Virus record (IMG/VR): IMGVR_UViG_3300012943_000028
Span: 176,642 to 240,641 of that record
DNA length: 64,000 nucleotides
Direction: 5' to 3' (one strand)
From: a virus
Lineage: Duplodnaviria; Heunggongvirae; Uroviricota; Caudoviricetes
Below the pieces are notes generated by a model that did no database searches, was not told the DNA's origin, and saw only the letters and a list, made by a program, of their open reading frames with translations. A program made the translations under genes and the position numbers. Of the stretch, positions 9,151-17,926 are shown one piece after another; positions within the stretch are counted from its first letter, which is position 1; every line of letters begins with the position of its first letter.

Positions 9151-9814
9151 GTCTTTTGATAGCCATCTTGATGCCTGATCTGATCGAGTAGACCGAGATG
9201 TCATGCGCGTTGTTGAGGTTCAACACGATTGGATTTGGCCATTCAGCTAGGTTGTTTTGGCCAGCGATCTCGCTCAGCGTATTTACGTCAAGCGTGAACG
9301 CACATTTCAGGTGACCTGGGTCCCCCTCAGCCGTGAAATACAGTTTTGCAGGTCGAGACCAGTTTGGAACGGTGGCCCCATTGTAGTGGATCAGAACTGC
9401 GTCGTCTACTGCGCCGACTTCGATTACGATGTCTGGATACGCAAGCTTGTCAGCTGGAGTCGTGATCTCGAAAACCTGCAGGTCATTGACACGCTCAGCC
9501 TTCTCACGCTGGAATTCCACCTCGTGCATGATGCCATACTTGTCATCACGCAGCACGACAACCCAACGCGTGACGTTTTCGACTCCAAGCAAGAACTTTT
9601 CTGCGAGGTCGTAGTCAATCTCAACGCTGATCACGTCAGCGTTTGCAGTATCAGCGAGCTGCTGCGGAGAGATTGCGACGATGGTCTGCTGCTTCTTGTC
9701 GATGTGAACGTAGAACTGTGGTTTGGCAGGTGCGGTAACCTCTATCACCATTGTCGTCGGCACCTCTTCATCAAGAAGCTTCGCAAGGGCTTCCTCATGT
9801 GCAGCGATGCTCAT
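9131..9814 (-). CDS. hypothetical protein within the modification operon
   Basis: ATGA-coupled to the upstream gene; no recognisable motif. Confidence 0.75.
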   Translation of the reverse strand: MSIAAHEEALAKLLDEEVPTTMVIEVTAPAKPQFYVHIDKKQQTIVAISPQQLADTANADVISVEIDYDLAEKFLLGVENVTRWVVVLRDDKYGIMHEVEFQREKAERVNDLQVFEITTPADKLAYPDIVIEVGAVDDAVLIHYNGATVPNWSRPAKLYFTAEGDPGHLKCAFTLDVNTLSEIAGQNNLAEWPNPIVLNLNNAHDISVYSIRSGIKMAIKRHEASNY

Positions 9815-10665
9815 ACGCCCACCTTCTTCTCCATGAACTCGATCATGCGATCGCTCACAAAGTCTTTAATGTGGTAGTGAAGTGGTAGATACTGACGGTA
9901 GTTTCCAATCTTGATCTCACAATCACGGTTGAAGTGAGATGGAATCATCTTCGTCCAGTCTTCGATCATGTACTTGTCGTTAGGCCAATCCTGCAGCTGG
10001 CTCTTCATGTGCACGAACGTTGGCATGTCTACATGCGGCAGCTTGTTGTATGAGCCATAGTCCATGATCTTGGATGCAATGGCAAACACCACGTCAGTGG
10101 ACACGTAGCGAGGGCGGTGGTCTGGCAGAAGGAACTCGTAGTAGCAGCGTTCCCAGTTGTTGAAGATGAACTCAGCGAGCTTGAACAGCTCGAAGTTTAC
10201 GTCATTCTTCTTGAAGTAGAACATGGCAGTGTAGACGTTCGGCAGCCCACTTTCCGTGAAGGTCTTCCTGTAGAAGTCGCTTGTAACCTTGTCACCACGG
10301 TACGTGAAGGCGTTGGTTGCAAATACGCCATCGCTCTGTGAGAGATAGTCCCACCAGGCGCTGATGTTTGACGGGAAAAGCATGTCAGCGTCAAGCTTGA
10401 TTGTCTCATCGTACGGCGTCATGTAGATGGACTTCCACTCGTTCTCAAGCTTCCACGTGGAATCCTTTGCAGCATCTTCCCATGGAATTGTGATTACGTT
10501 GTCGAACACTGCTCTGTATTTCGGGTTGAGCTGCTCTCCAGCTGCAATACCGATTGACAGCTTCGATAGCTCTTCAGGCTGAGACAGCTTCAAAGAGAGG
10601 GCGAGAGCATAGGCAAGACGATGGTACATCTCGCCCTGTGCGAGCGTGAAGAACCCACGGCTCAC
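9811..10665 (-). CDS. putative glycosyltransferase (GT8/mannosyltransferase-like, DxD)
   Basis: TPYDETIKLDADMLF, DVVFAIA and late HMK/HYH motifs; paralog of the next gene. Confidence 0.7.
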   Translation of the reverse strand: MSRGFFTLAQGEMYHRLAYALALSLKLSQPEELSKLSIGIAAGEQLNPKYRAVFDNVITIPWEDAAKDSTWKLENEWKSIYMTPYDETIKLDADMLFPSNISAWWDYLSQSDGVFATNAFTYRGDKVTSDFYRKTFTESGLPNVYTAMFYFKKNDVNFELFKLAEFIFNNWERCYYEFLLPDHRPRYVSTDVVFAIASKIMDYGSYNKLPHVDMPTFVHMKSQLQDWPNDKYMIEDWTKMIPSHFNRDCEIKIGNYRQYLPLHYHIKDFVSDRMIEFMEKKVGV

Positions 10666-11546
10666 TTCAGCGTCTCCATGATGTCCGTCATGTTGTTGAG
10701 CAGCGAGACCTTGTTCATGCAGTGAACGTTAAGATCACGTGTACGAGAGACGAAGAACTTCCAGTTGTCCTTCTGGTCGTTGGCAAAGAAGTACATGTCA
10801 GTTGGGCTCTTGATGCTGAAGAATTGGTCGGTGTCGAGAGCGGTGAGCAGCACTGGATCAGGGAGAGGTGCAACGAAGTCGCCTTCAATGAAGGCGTTGA
10901 GGATGTGGATGGCGATCGAGAACGCGTAGTCATTGCGGTACAGGTGGCCCGGAACGTCGTACGTTAGGCGATAGAAGTCCCAGTTTTCCTTGATGTGCTC
11001 GATGAGCTTGAAGAGCAGCGCTGCCTTCTTTCCCTTCTTGAAGTAGACGACAGTCGCCCAGTACATCTTTATGCCGAATGGGTTCAGCCGAAACTCTGGG
11101 CCAGTGAATGGCTCATGGAATAGGTTTGTTGCGGCGCTGTTGATCATGATCTCTTGATCACTACCCCAACAGCAGTTGAGAATTGGGTTGGCGATCAGGT
11201 AGTCACAGTCAATGAGAAGCGTTTCATCGTACGGTGAAAGATCATAGATGAGAGAGCGTGACTCATTCTTGAAGGTGTCTTCGAAATGGTAGTAGCGCGT
11301 GTCCTTGTAGGTGCGCCGATTTTTGAAGAGCTGCTTGTCAGTTTCTATTAGGCTGAAGCTGGTGAAGACATTTTCTATTTCCCAGCAACCCTTTTTATCC
11401 TGCCACGCCTTGCTGCCTGCATCGGTTATCAGGTGGATGTCGGTTTCGGGCATGTTCTTTCTGATGAACGACGCGCACATCACTGCCAGCTGGACGTAGT
11501 CCACCTTCTCGTTGTTGACGCCATAGATCACCACGCCGCGAGACAT
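10662..11546 (-). CDS. putative glycosyltransferase (GT8/mannosyltransferase-like, DxD)
   Basis: SPYDETLLIDCDYL and RNDYAFSIA; both paralogs start MSRG. Confidence 0.7.
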   Translation of the reverse strand: MSRGVVIYGVNNEKVDYVQLAVMCASFIRKNMPETDIHLITDAGSKAWQDKKGCWEIENVFTSFSLIETDKQLFKNRRTYKDTRYYHFEDTFKNESRSLIYDLSPYDETLLIDCDYLIANPILNCCWGSDQEIMINSAATNLFHEPFTGPEFRLNPFGIKMYWATVVYFKKGKKAALLFKLIEHIKENWDFYRLTYDVPGHLYRNDYAFSIAIHILNAFIEGDFVAPLPDPVLLTALDTDQFFSIKSPTDMYFFANDQKDNWKFFVSRTRDLNVHCMNKVSLLNNMTDIMETLK

Positions 11547-11548
11547 GC

Positions 11549-11929
11549 TTAGACTCCAACGGCTGACTTGGCGTTGCGGGCCTTGTTGATGCCCTTCACT
11601 TCAGTCAGGTACTCGTTCATGCACTCATAGTACGTGTCTGAAATGTTGTCTAGAAAGTCCTCGAGGTTTTCGATCTCGATTGGGCTTTCATTGACATCAA
11701 GCAGAATGGTTTCCTTGCGCCCGCGCGCAAGTAGAGATGACACAAAGGAGATGAGCTCTGGCGTTACACGGAACGTGCCGCCATTGATCGAGAACGTAAG
11801 GTTCTTTTGAAGCTTGAGACGAGCGTTCTGCTTTTGGATGTTGAGCGTGGTGCGGTAGTTCGCCGCAGCAAGGGCTTCTTCGAGGCGCTTATCAATAGCG
11901 ACCTGAAGGTCTGGATTACCCTTTGTCAT
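11549..11929 (-). CDS. conserved phage hypothetical protein, first gene of the operon
   Basis: Helical ORF with INGGTFRVTPELISFV; follows a TAAATA box. Confidence 0.75.
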   Translation of the reverse strand: MTKGNPDLQVAIDKRLEEALAAANYRTTLNIQKQNARLKLQKNLTFSINGGTFRVTPELISFVSSLLARGRKETILLDVNESPIEIENLEDFLDNISDTYYECMNEYLTEVKGINKARNAKSAVGV

Positions 11930-11988
11930 TTGATCTGATTCCTTATGATGGGGAGCGTAAGCTCCCCATATTTATCAGGTCAGACCAA

Positions 11989-13461
11989 TCATGGAGCCGT
12001 GATGAATGTACCGCTCTGAGCCACTGCTGGCAGTGGGATCGATGGGAGGTTCGTGTTCAACGAGTTCACCGAGTATGCGGTGATGTTTGAAGAAAGCGTA
12101 CCATCGAGCGTCACATCGACTGGCTCGCCAGTGATGTTCTGCAGGTAGTACTCGATCTTGATCGTCACGACGTAGTTCACACCAGTTACTGCTGACATGG
12201 TGACAATGATACCACCATCAGTTGGCGGGTCCGATGAGTAGAGACCGCCGCCGGGAGTATCGAGCACGCTGCGCTCGAACACCTTAAGGTCTGAGCCGCT
12301 GTCGAGAACGTGGTAGTAGCCACGAGTGTACTCACCAGGAATGTATGGCTCGTAGAAGTCGTCAAGCTCTGTGCCGAAGTAGTCGAAGTTGAGACCAGTA
12401 AATGCAAGCAGGAAGTTCTTCCAGTCAAGCTCAACGTCAGTCTCTGAACCGATGTTGCTTGGCGTGAATGACCAGTTGAACTGAAGCTTGCCGCCAGCAT
12501 TGAAGAACGCCTGCGCCTTTGCCTTGCTGAGGAAGGTGAGCTGCACCTGGTGAACGTACGTGCCAACTGCTGATGGAACACCGAGCGACTGGCCCGGCGT
12601 TGTACGCGCCGCCGTGGCAAGCGAGTTGATCTGCGTTGACGTAGGAGCAAGTTCGAAACGAGCAGTGTCGAGGTTGTTGAGCGCAAGCTTCGTTGCGATC
12701 ATGTACGTGGTGACGGCCGTGATGCCAACTCCGTTCCAACCATCAGTAATGTTTGCGATGGTGCCCTGATATGGTAGTGGACCAGTGTTGATGTTGTTGT
12801 AGTAGTTTGCAAGCGTGTTGCCTGGTGCCAACGGACGGCCATCGAAGATGAATCCGACTGGTGAAGTCAGCGCTTCATCATGTCCGACCTGGCGCATTGC
12901 CTTACGAAGGCGTGAGATAAGAATTGCCCAGCTCGAGTTCGTGAAGACCGGTGGGAACGTCTGACCAGGTGGCAGCGCACCCTCTGCTGAGAGCGATGCT
13001 GCGTCGAGAGTGCCGTTTGCGTTGTACGTAGGTACGAGGTCTGTCTGACCCCAGCCGTACGCCTCAGTCGTGTCGCTGCCAGAATAGACAGGAGAACCGA
13101 CGATGCTGTTGAGCAGCGTGGCCATTGGCATGTAGTCGGCGAGGCCGCCAACTGGAATTGGAGTTGGCGATGACTGGTCCCAGCCGTTGTAGAACGGGCC
13201 TGCACCAGTGTAGAGGTACATGATGCGCTCAGTTGAGTGGTACCAGTTCTGACCCGTTGTTGGGTTCGATGGTGGCTGAGTGCGTGCAAAGTTCTCAAGC
13301 AGGCGGATGAAGTTTTCCTGCTGGAAGAGACCATAGTTGTTGAGGCCCTTGCCTGTGAGTGTGACTGACGTTGATGAAAGATCAGACGTCTTGTCAGCGA
13401 TCGTGATAGATGACTTACCACCTGGATCGCCAGTGCTGGCCCAGTTTACGATGTAGCTCAT
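11989..13461 (-). CDS. virion structural protein (fibre/baseplate-associated)
   Basis: N-terminal TLTGKGLNNYGLFQQENFIRLLENFA..PTTGQNWY is paralogous to 3745..5247; TAAATA upstream. Confidence 0.7.
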   Translation of the reverse strand: MSYIVNWASTGDPGGKSSITIADKTSDLSSTSVTLTGKGLNNYGLFQQENFIRLLENFARTQPPSNPTTGQNWYHSTERIMYLYTGAGPFYNGWDQSSPTPIPVGGLADYMPMATLLNSIVGSPVYSGSDTTEAYGWGQTDLVPTYNANGTLDAASLSAEGALPPGQTFPPVFTNSSWAILISRLRKAMRQVGHDEALTSPVGFIFDGRPLAPGNTLANYYNNINTGPLPYQGTIANITDGWNGVGITAVTTYMIATKLALNNLDTARFELAPTSTQINSLATAARTTPGQSLGVPSAVGTYVHQVQLTFLSKAKAQAFFNAGGKLQFNWSFTPSNIGSETDVELDWKNFLLAFTGLNFDYFGTELDDFYEPYIPGEYTRGYYHVLDSGSDLKVFERSVLDTPGGGLYSSDPPTDGGIIVTMSAVTGVNYVVTIKIEYYLQNITGEPVDVTLDGTLSSNITAYSVNSLNTNLPSIPLPAVAQSGTFITAP

Positions 13462-13549
13462 GTTGTCTCCGAGTTGCGCCGGCTCAGCAGTGCAGGCCCT
13501 GCCGGTTTAGTACGGGCGTGCACCTGTATTTATCCTACGGAGCAAAGTA

Positions 13550-13583
13550 CTGAGGGACCGTCCACCTCTGTACGGTCCCTCAG
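13550..13583 (-). terminator. hairpin downstream of phoH, probable terminator
   Basis: Perfect 12-bp inverted repeat CTGAGGGACCGT / ACGGTCCCTCAG with a 10-nt loop; only a weak U-tract (TACTTT) on the minus strand. Confidence 0.55.
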
Positions 13584-13644
13584 GTCCAGTTGAACTTACG
13601 TCATGCTAAGGATGTAGTGCGGCCTCACGGCCGTCTATGAAGCC

Positions 13645-14388
13645 CTAGACAGACCCCTTTGGAGAGTCCGGAGAGTCGAGCAACGTTAGAATTGTCTTCA
13701 CGATCTCAGAACGGACCACGTCCTGGTTTTCGAATGCAATGTAGTTGATCTGCGAGTCCCTCCCTGTAAGTTTGCGGATAGCGTACTGAAGCCCATTTTC
13801 CCACACGCCGGTGTGGTCTCTCGGCTTCTTGAGATCGGATTGAGTAACATCACCGTTGATCGAGAACGTGCTGCCGTGACCGATGCGGGTCAGGAACATT
13901 CTCATCTGTTCGATGGTGGTATTCTGTGCTTCGTCAAGGATGACGAACGCATTGTTGAAGGTTCGGCCACGCATATAAGCCAGCGGGGCGATCTCGATCT
14001 TCTGATCCTCGAGCAGCATCTTTGCCTTCATTGGGCCAACATGGTCCTGAAGAGCATCAAAGAGCGGGAGGAGATATGGATCGAGCTTTTCCTCAAGCGT
14101 TCCAGGTAGGAAGCCGAGGTCTTCACCTGCCTGAACAACAGGGCGCGTAACGACAATGCGATTGACTTCGCGTGAAAGCAGTTTTTCGAGAGCTACTGCG
14201 GTGACGAGGAACGTTTTACCGGCACCTGCAGGGCCACCGCAGATGGTAAGAGTCGCATTTCTCAGGGACTCGAGATAGAGCTCTTGTCCGTAGTTTCTGG
14301 CTTTGATAGGCTGTTTGATGTGTACTGGCTTACCTTCATGCTCGACGGCAGCATTAGGTGGGTATTTCTGCTTCTTGCGCTTAGGCAT
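13645..14388 (-). CDS. phoH: PhoH-family ATPase
   Basis: GPAGAGKT, IVVTRPVV, LGFLPGTLEEK, LAYMRGRTF, ILDEAQN, FLTRIG, GDVTQSD. Confidence 0.96.
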   Translation of the reverse strand: MPKRKKQKYPPNAAVEHEGKPVHIKQPIKARNYGQELYLESLRNATLTICGGPAGAGKTFLVTAVALEKLLSREVNRIVVTRPVVQAGEDLGFLPGTLEEKLDPYLLPLFDALQDHVGPMKAKMLLEDQKIEIAPLAYMRGRTFNNAFVILDEAQNTTIEQMRMFLTRIGHGSTFSINGDVTQSDLKKPRDHTGVWENGLQYAIRKLTGRDSQINYIAFENQDVVRSEIVKTILTLLDSPDSPKGSV

Positions 14389-14494
14389 ACGAAGTCCCTT
14401 GTGTGTTGGTTAGTGCCAGTCACCGGGTAAATGTCATCCGTGAGAGTGCGCTGTTCTCCTTGCAGTGGTTGGGTTTGGGAGGGTTGACAAGAGC

Positions 14495-14890
14495 TTAGTC
14501 TTGCTTCTTAAGCACCCACTGAACCCACTCTACCGTAGAGAGCGCTGGGTTGCAGGCGTATGGGTTTGCCTCGAAGTTTGCTGGACGCTGAAGCTCGGTG
14601 AGAAGCCAGGTTGAAACCTGTACTGACAGCTCAGGCGTGAGAGACTTGACCTGTTCGATGAGGTCTGCATTGGTGTTCATGCTGTATGGAGCAAGCTCAC
14701 GTGGCCAGCTGTATGGGCCACCGTTCTTGAACATCTCGATGAGAGCAGCCATGATGAAGTACTGCACGTTGTTCGTAACACCACCATCACGGACTACCTG
14801 CTCGAGGGTCATGGTGATGTGGACTGGGATCACGCCTTCCTTGAGGTCGACTGAACCAGCAACAACTGTCTTGATTTCATTGAGTCTCAT
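14495..14890 (-). CDS. hypothetical protein
   Basis: Start at MRLNEIK, 32 nt downstream of a TATAAATA box. Confidence 0.7.
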   Translation of the reverse strand: MRLNEIKTVVAGSVDLKEGVIPVHITMTLEQVVRDGGVTNNVQYFIMAALIEMFKNGGPYSWPRELAPYSMNTNADLIEQVKSLTPELSVQVSTWLLTELQRPANFEANPYACNPALSTVEWVQWVLKKQD

Positions 14891-14922
14891 GATATGTCCT
14901 TTCTGCCTTGTGGGCTCTTCGG

Positions 14923-14954
14923 TATTTATACGCACCGCCTGCCAGCACTAAATA
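14923..14954. promoter_or_regulatory. back-to-back divergent late-type promoters
   Basis: TATAAATA on the minus strand (14923-14930, the exact T4 late consensus) and TAAATA on the plus strand (14949-14954), between divergent genes. Confidence 0.7.
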
Positions 14955-14987
14955 CCATAGGTCCCAACCAACACTCCCAGGAACATC

Positions 14988-15410
14988 ATGTCACGCTCAC
15001 TTCTGAAGATCATCAACGAGTCGATTACAGGTTCAACTGTCGACACCGCTGACATGAAGCACAGCAAATTCATTGATCGCCTGGCAGATGAGCTTCACGA
15101 GAAGCACTTCCCAGATCACTTTAAGCTGACTGTGAAGACGTCTCATGGTCATGAGATTCCTCTGACGTTCAAGCTCTCCGGCAAATCGATCAACGACCAT
15201 CCAGGCTGGCACCAGCTGAAGTTCACGTATGAGCTTGACAGCGACAGCCACAAGCGCAAGTTTGATCTTCTGCGCAAGGCTGAGCATGATGAGTCTGACA
15301 CTGAGGGCGAGAAGTACGATGAGCTCTCGCATGAGCTAAGCTTCGATCAGCTTGATGTGTTTGCGGAGATGGGTAAGGAAGTGGAGAAGGTATATGGACA
15401 CCTCACCTAA
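14988..15410 (+). CDS. hypothetical protein
   Basis: 140-aa ORF with a CAGGA ribosome-binding site, after a plus-strand TAAATA. Confidence 0.75.
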   Translation: MSRSLLKIINESITGSTVDTADMKHSKFIDRLADELHEKHFPDHFKLTVKTSHGHEIPLTFKLSGKSINDHPGWHQLKFTYELDSDSHKRKFDLLRKAEHDESDTEGEKYDELSHELSFDQLDVFAEMGKEVEKVYGHLT

Positions 15411-15639
15411 GAGCGAAGAGGCCAAGATCATTCCACGTTCTGAGTGGAGCAAGCTGTCAGTAAACCAGCTGTACGACAACCGCAACAAGCTGATGGACCT
15501 TTACTACAACATGCGTGGGGCAAACGCAACGTTTGCCGAGCAGTACAAGAAGTTCATCACTGAGATCGATGCGCTGATCAAGCGCCGCGAGTCAGAGCAG
15601 CTGAACGAGCAGCTCGCAGAACAGGCCGCTAACCGTTAG
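15394..15639 (+). CDS. hypothetical helical protein
   Basis: Overlaps the upstream stop; start placed at MDTSPK. Confidence 0.65.
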   Translation: MDTSPKSEEAKIIPRSEWSKLSVNQLYDNRNKLMDLYYNMRGANATFAEQYKKFITEIDALIKRRESEQLNEQLAEQAANR

Positions 15640-16135
15640 CCTTAGCCTCTTCTTTGAAGTAGGCTTCTAGGCGGGCATAGAGACCACGCTCCAACCCATA
15701 CGCTTCAACTTCCCACTTTGAAAGATAGTAGTCGACGTCGGTCGACTTCTCAGGGTACGGGCTTTTCTCTCCACGGAACACGGTGCAGGTGGCCAAGTCC
15801 TTCAGCTCTCCACGAGCGTACTGCTTGACATGCACCAACTCGTGACACAGATCACGCATGATGTTACCAAAGCGCTTCTGAAGTTTCTCGGAACGCTTTG
15901 AGATTCTCTTGTCGTTCAGCCAGATACGAGCGTACTTGCCAGTTTCAGTCTCATCATACCCACATTCGGCCTTCGTCTTTTCACGGCGTTGTTCGTCGTT
16001 CGGTGGTGCCAGTTGGATGATGACGTTCAGGTTTTTTCTTGCTCGTCTTGGGAGCAGGAAGTCGAGTGTGTAAACCGTAGCCTTGCGCAGAATGTTGCGC
16101 TCTTCGTCAGACATGTTACCAAGAATACGAATCAT
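15629..16135 (-). CDS. putative zincin-like metallopeptidase
   Basis: HELVH (HExxH) followed by WEVEAY. Confidence 0.6.
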   Translation of the reverse strand: MIRILGNMSDEERNILRKATVYTLDFLLPRRARKNLNVIIQLAPPNDEQRREKTKAECGYDETETGKYARIWLNDKRISKRSEKLQKRFGNIMRDLCHELVHVKQYARGELKDLATCTVFRGEKSPYPEKSTDVDYYLSKWEVEAYGLERGLYARLEAYFKEEAKANG

Positions 16136-16145
16136 TGACCTACCC

Positions 16146-16790
16146 TCATGTCCATAGGTATTCTCTGATAGCGATGACGCGTTGAAGCATCTTCTCGCAC
16201 ATCAGCTTATGTTCTTCTTCTATCTGATGAAGCTCATCCCATGTGATAAGCTTTTCCTTACCATTAGGAACCTTGGTCAACTTACCATCAACAAAGTCGT
16301 AGCGCTCTCCAGTCTTCTCGTACAGGTCGAAACGGTCGAGATCGTACTTTTCATCCTTGTACCATTCGTAGAGGTTGAAAATCTCGATGTTCTTGTTGTA
16401 GTAGATGTTGGCCGATTTTTCGAGATCGCACAGCTCGTCAACGCTCATGCCCTCGTATGGAGGCTTTAGCAGCTCGAGGCGGGACTGCTCAATAAACTGC
16501 GCCATTGCAGCACGGTCAGTGTAGCGCTTCCCCCACCACTTCGTCTCCCAATCCTTGAACGGCTGCTCAAGCTCGACGAAATCGACGAGAATCTGGAAGA
16601 CGGCGTGGTACATGATTGCATCACGGTCAGACCATGATCTTGGGAGCGCATGAACTGTGACGACATTGTGAGGCTTGAAGAAGCAGCGAATGTCATAGAT
16701 GACAGAGCGCAGCCAGCTGCGCTTCGAGCGTACCCACAAGCTCAGCAACTTGGTGAGATTCTTCTTTGCCTTTGGCTCGTTCACGTTCAC
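16146..16790 (-). CDS. hypothetical protein
   Basis: 214-aa ORF preceded by tandem early-type and late-type promoter boxes. Confidence 0.7.
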   Translation of the reverse strand: MNVNEPKAKKNLTKLLSLWVRSKRSWLRSVIYDIRCFFKPHNVVTVHALPRSWSDRDAIMYHAVFQILVDFVELEQPFKDWETKWWGKRYTDRAAMAQFIEQSRLELLKPPYEGMSVDELCDLEKSANIYYNKNIEIFNLYEWYKDEKYDLDRFDLYEKTGERYDFVDGKLTKVPNGKEKLITWDELHQIEEEHKLMCEKMLQRVIAIREYLWT

Positions 16791-16856
16791 AGTCTCTGTG
16801 GTACCTGGTCCGGACAGGTGTATTTACCCAGATTCTACCATCTGGCCGGCCAAACG

Positions 16857-16880
16857 AAAACGCCACCCGGAGGTGGCGTT
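16857..16880 (-). terminator. rho-independent terminator
   Basis: Minus strand reads AACGCCACC-TCCG-GGTGGCGTT then TTCGTTT, 21 nt after the 16902 stop. Confidence 0.8.
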
Positions 16881-16901
16881 CAGGTTGAATTCAGATTGAG
16901 A

Positions 16902-17327
16902 TCAGGTGGCAGCGGGTCGGCGATGGCCGAAGACGTGGAAGCTCACTCGTGCCAGCTTGAAGAAGACCACAGGCACCCAGACGTGGAAGATGATGAGCGG
17001 GATCGAGACGTACTGGAACATCAGCACCGCCCAAAGTTTGGCAAGATAGAGCACGACCTTGAATGGGAAGTAGAGGGCCATGTAGAGCTTGTCACCCACT
17101 TCAGGGGTGTGCACGGTCAGCAGGCTGGCTTCGAGGTCCTTCCAGTACGACCCGTCCACGTAGAAGAACATGACGAGACATCCCATGATCGTGGCGAAGC
17201 CGATGATGAAGGGCGTGAGGACCGTCCAGATCGCCAGCAGCCGGGAGTTCTTCGGGCCCGTGAAAAGGCGGAAGAAGAAGTACAGCGCAACAGCGACGCA
17301 GACGATGTAGGTGATGCCGACAAACAT
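16902..17327 (-). CDS. integral membrane protein (about 3-4 TM segments)
   Basis: Hydrophobic throughout; start at MFVGITY after a GAGG ribosome-binding site. Confidence 0.72.
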   Translation of the reverse strand: MFVGITYIVCVAVALYFFFRLFTGPKNSRLLAIWTVLTPFIIGFATIMGCLVMFFYVDGSYWKDLEASLLTVHTPEVGDKLYMALYFPFKVVLYLAKLWAVLMFQYVSIPLIIFHVWVPVVFFKLARVSFHVFGHRRPAAT

Positions 17328-17331
17328 TGTG

Positions 17332-17820
17332 TTACCTCTTGTTGGCAGCGAAGAGCCGCTGGAGAACCAACAGGTCCTTGCGCAGCTCCTTCTCGGTGTA
17401 GTTGACGGCGTTGATCTGCTCGAGGACCGCCTTGCGGGATTCGGAGTCCTTGATGCCGACGGTGGCGAGGGCAGAGCGGACCTCGTCGTAGTGGGCGCCG
17501 GTTTCCTTCCAGACCCAGTCACCGTAGTCGATGTACTTGAGCGTATCGTCGGTCAGGTCTGGGAAGAGGATGCGTGCGCGCGCTTGGGTGAGCATGCGAT
17601 CACCGACGTACTCGATGACACGGCTGAATTGGTAGGAGCGGCGAGGGTAGAAGCCGTCGAAACCCTGGCTGACGGGATCGACGACCACATCTGCTGAGGT
17701 GACGTCTTTCCAGTGATCACGAGGACCGGAATTTTCCCATGCACCATCGCTGATCTGGCCCATCAGCTCGTTCTTCAGGAGCGTGGCTTGGATGGCGGTG
17801 GCAACTCGTATCTGCTTCAT
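17332..17820 (-). CDS. early hypothetical protein
   Basis: MKQIRV..GQISDGAWEN; first gene after the 17847-17876 promoter. Confidence 0.75.
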   Translation of the reverse strand: MKQIRVATAIQATLLKNELMGQISDGAWENSGPRDHWKDVTSADVVVDPVSQGFDGFYPRRSYQFSRVIEYVGDRMLTQARARILFPDLTDDTLKYIDYGDWVWKETGAHYDEVRSALATVGIKDSESRKAVLEQINAVNYTEKELRKDLLVLQRLFAANKR

Positions 17821-17846
17821 GGTGACCTCTACTACAACGTAGGGCC

Positions 17847-17917
17847 ATAGTAAACTGCAACCTAGGAAAAGTACAATTTCCCAGTCCATTTAACATAACG
17901 GGGATTATGTTAAATGG
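17847..17917 (-). promoter_or_regulatory. early-type promoter plus 13-bp inverted repeat
   Basis: TTGTAC-N18-TACTAT. Upstream CCATTTAACATAA-N6-TTATGTTAAATGG is a perfect inverted repeat (17886-17917). Confidence 0.7.
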
Positions 17918-17926
17918 CAGTCCGGA

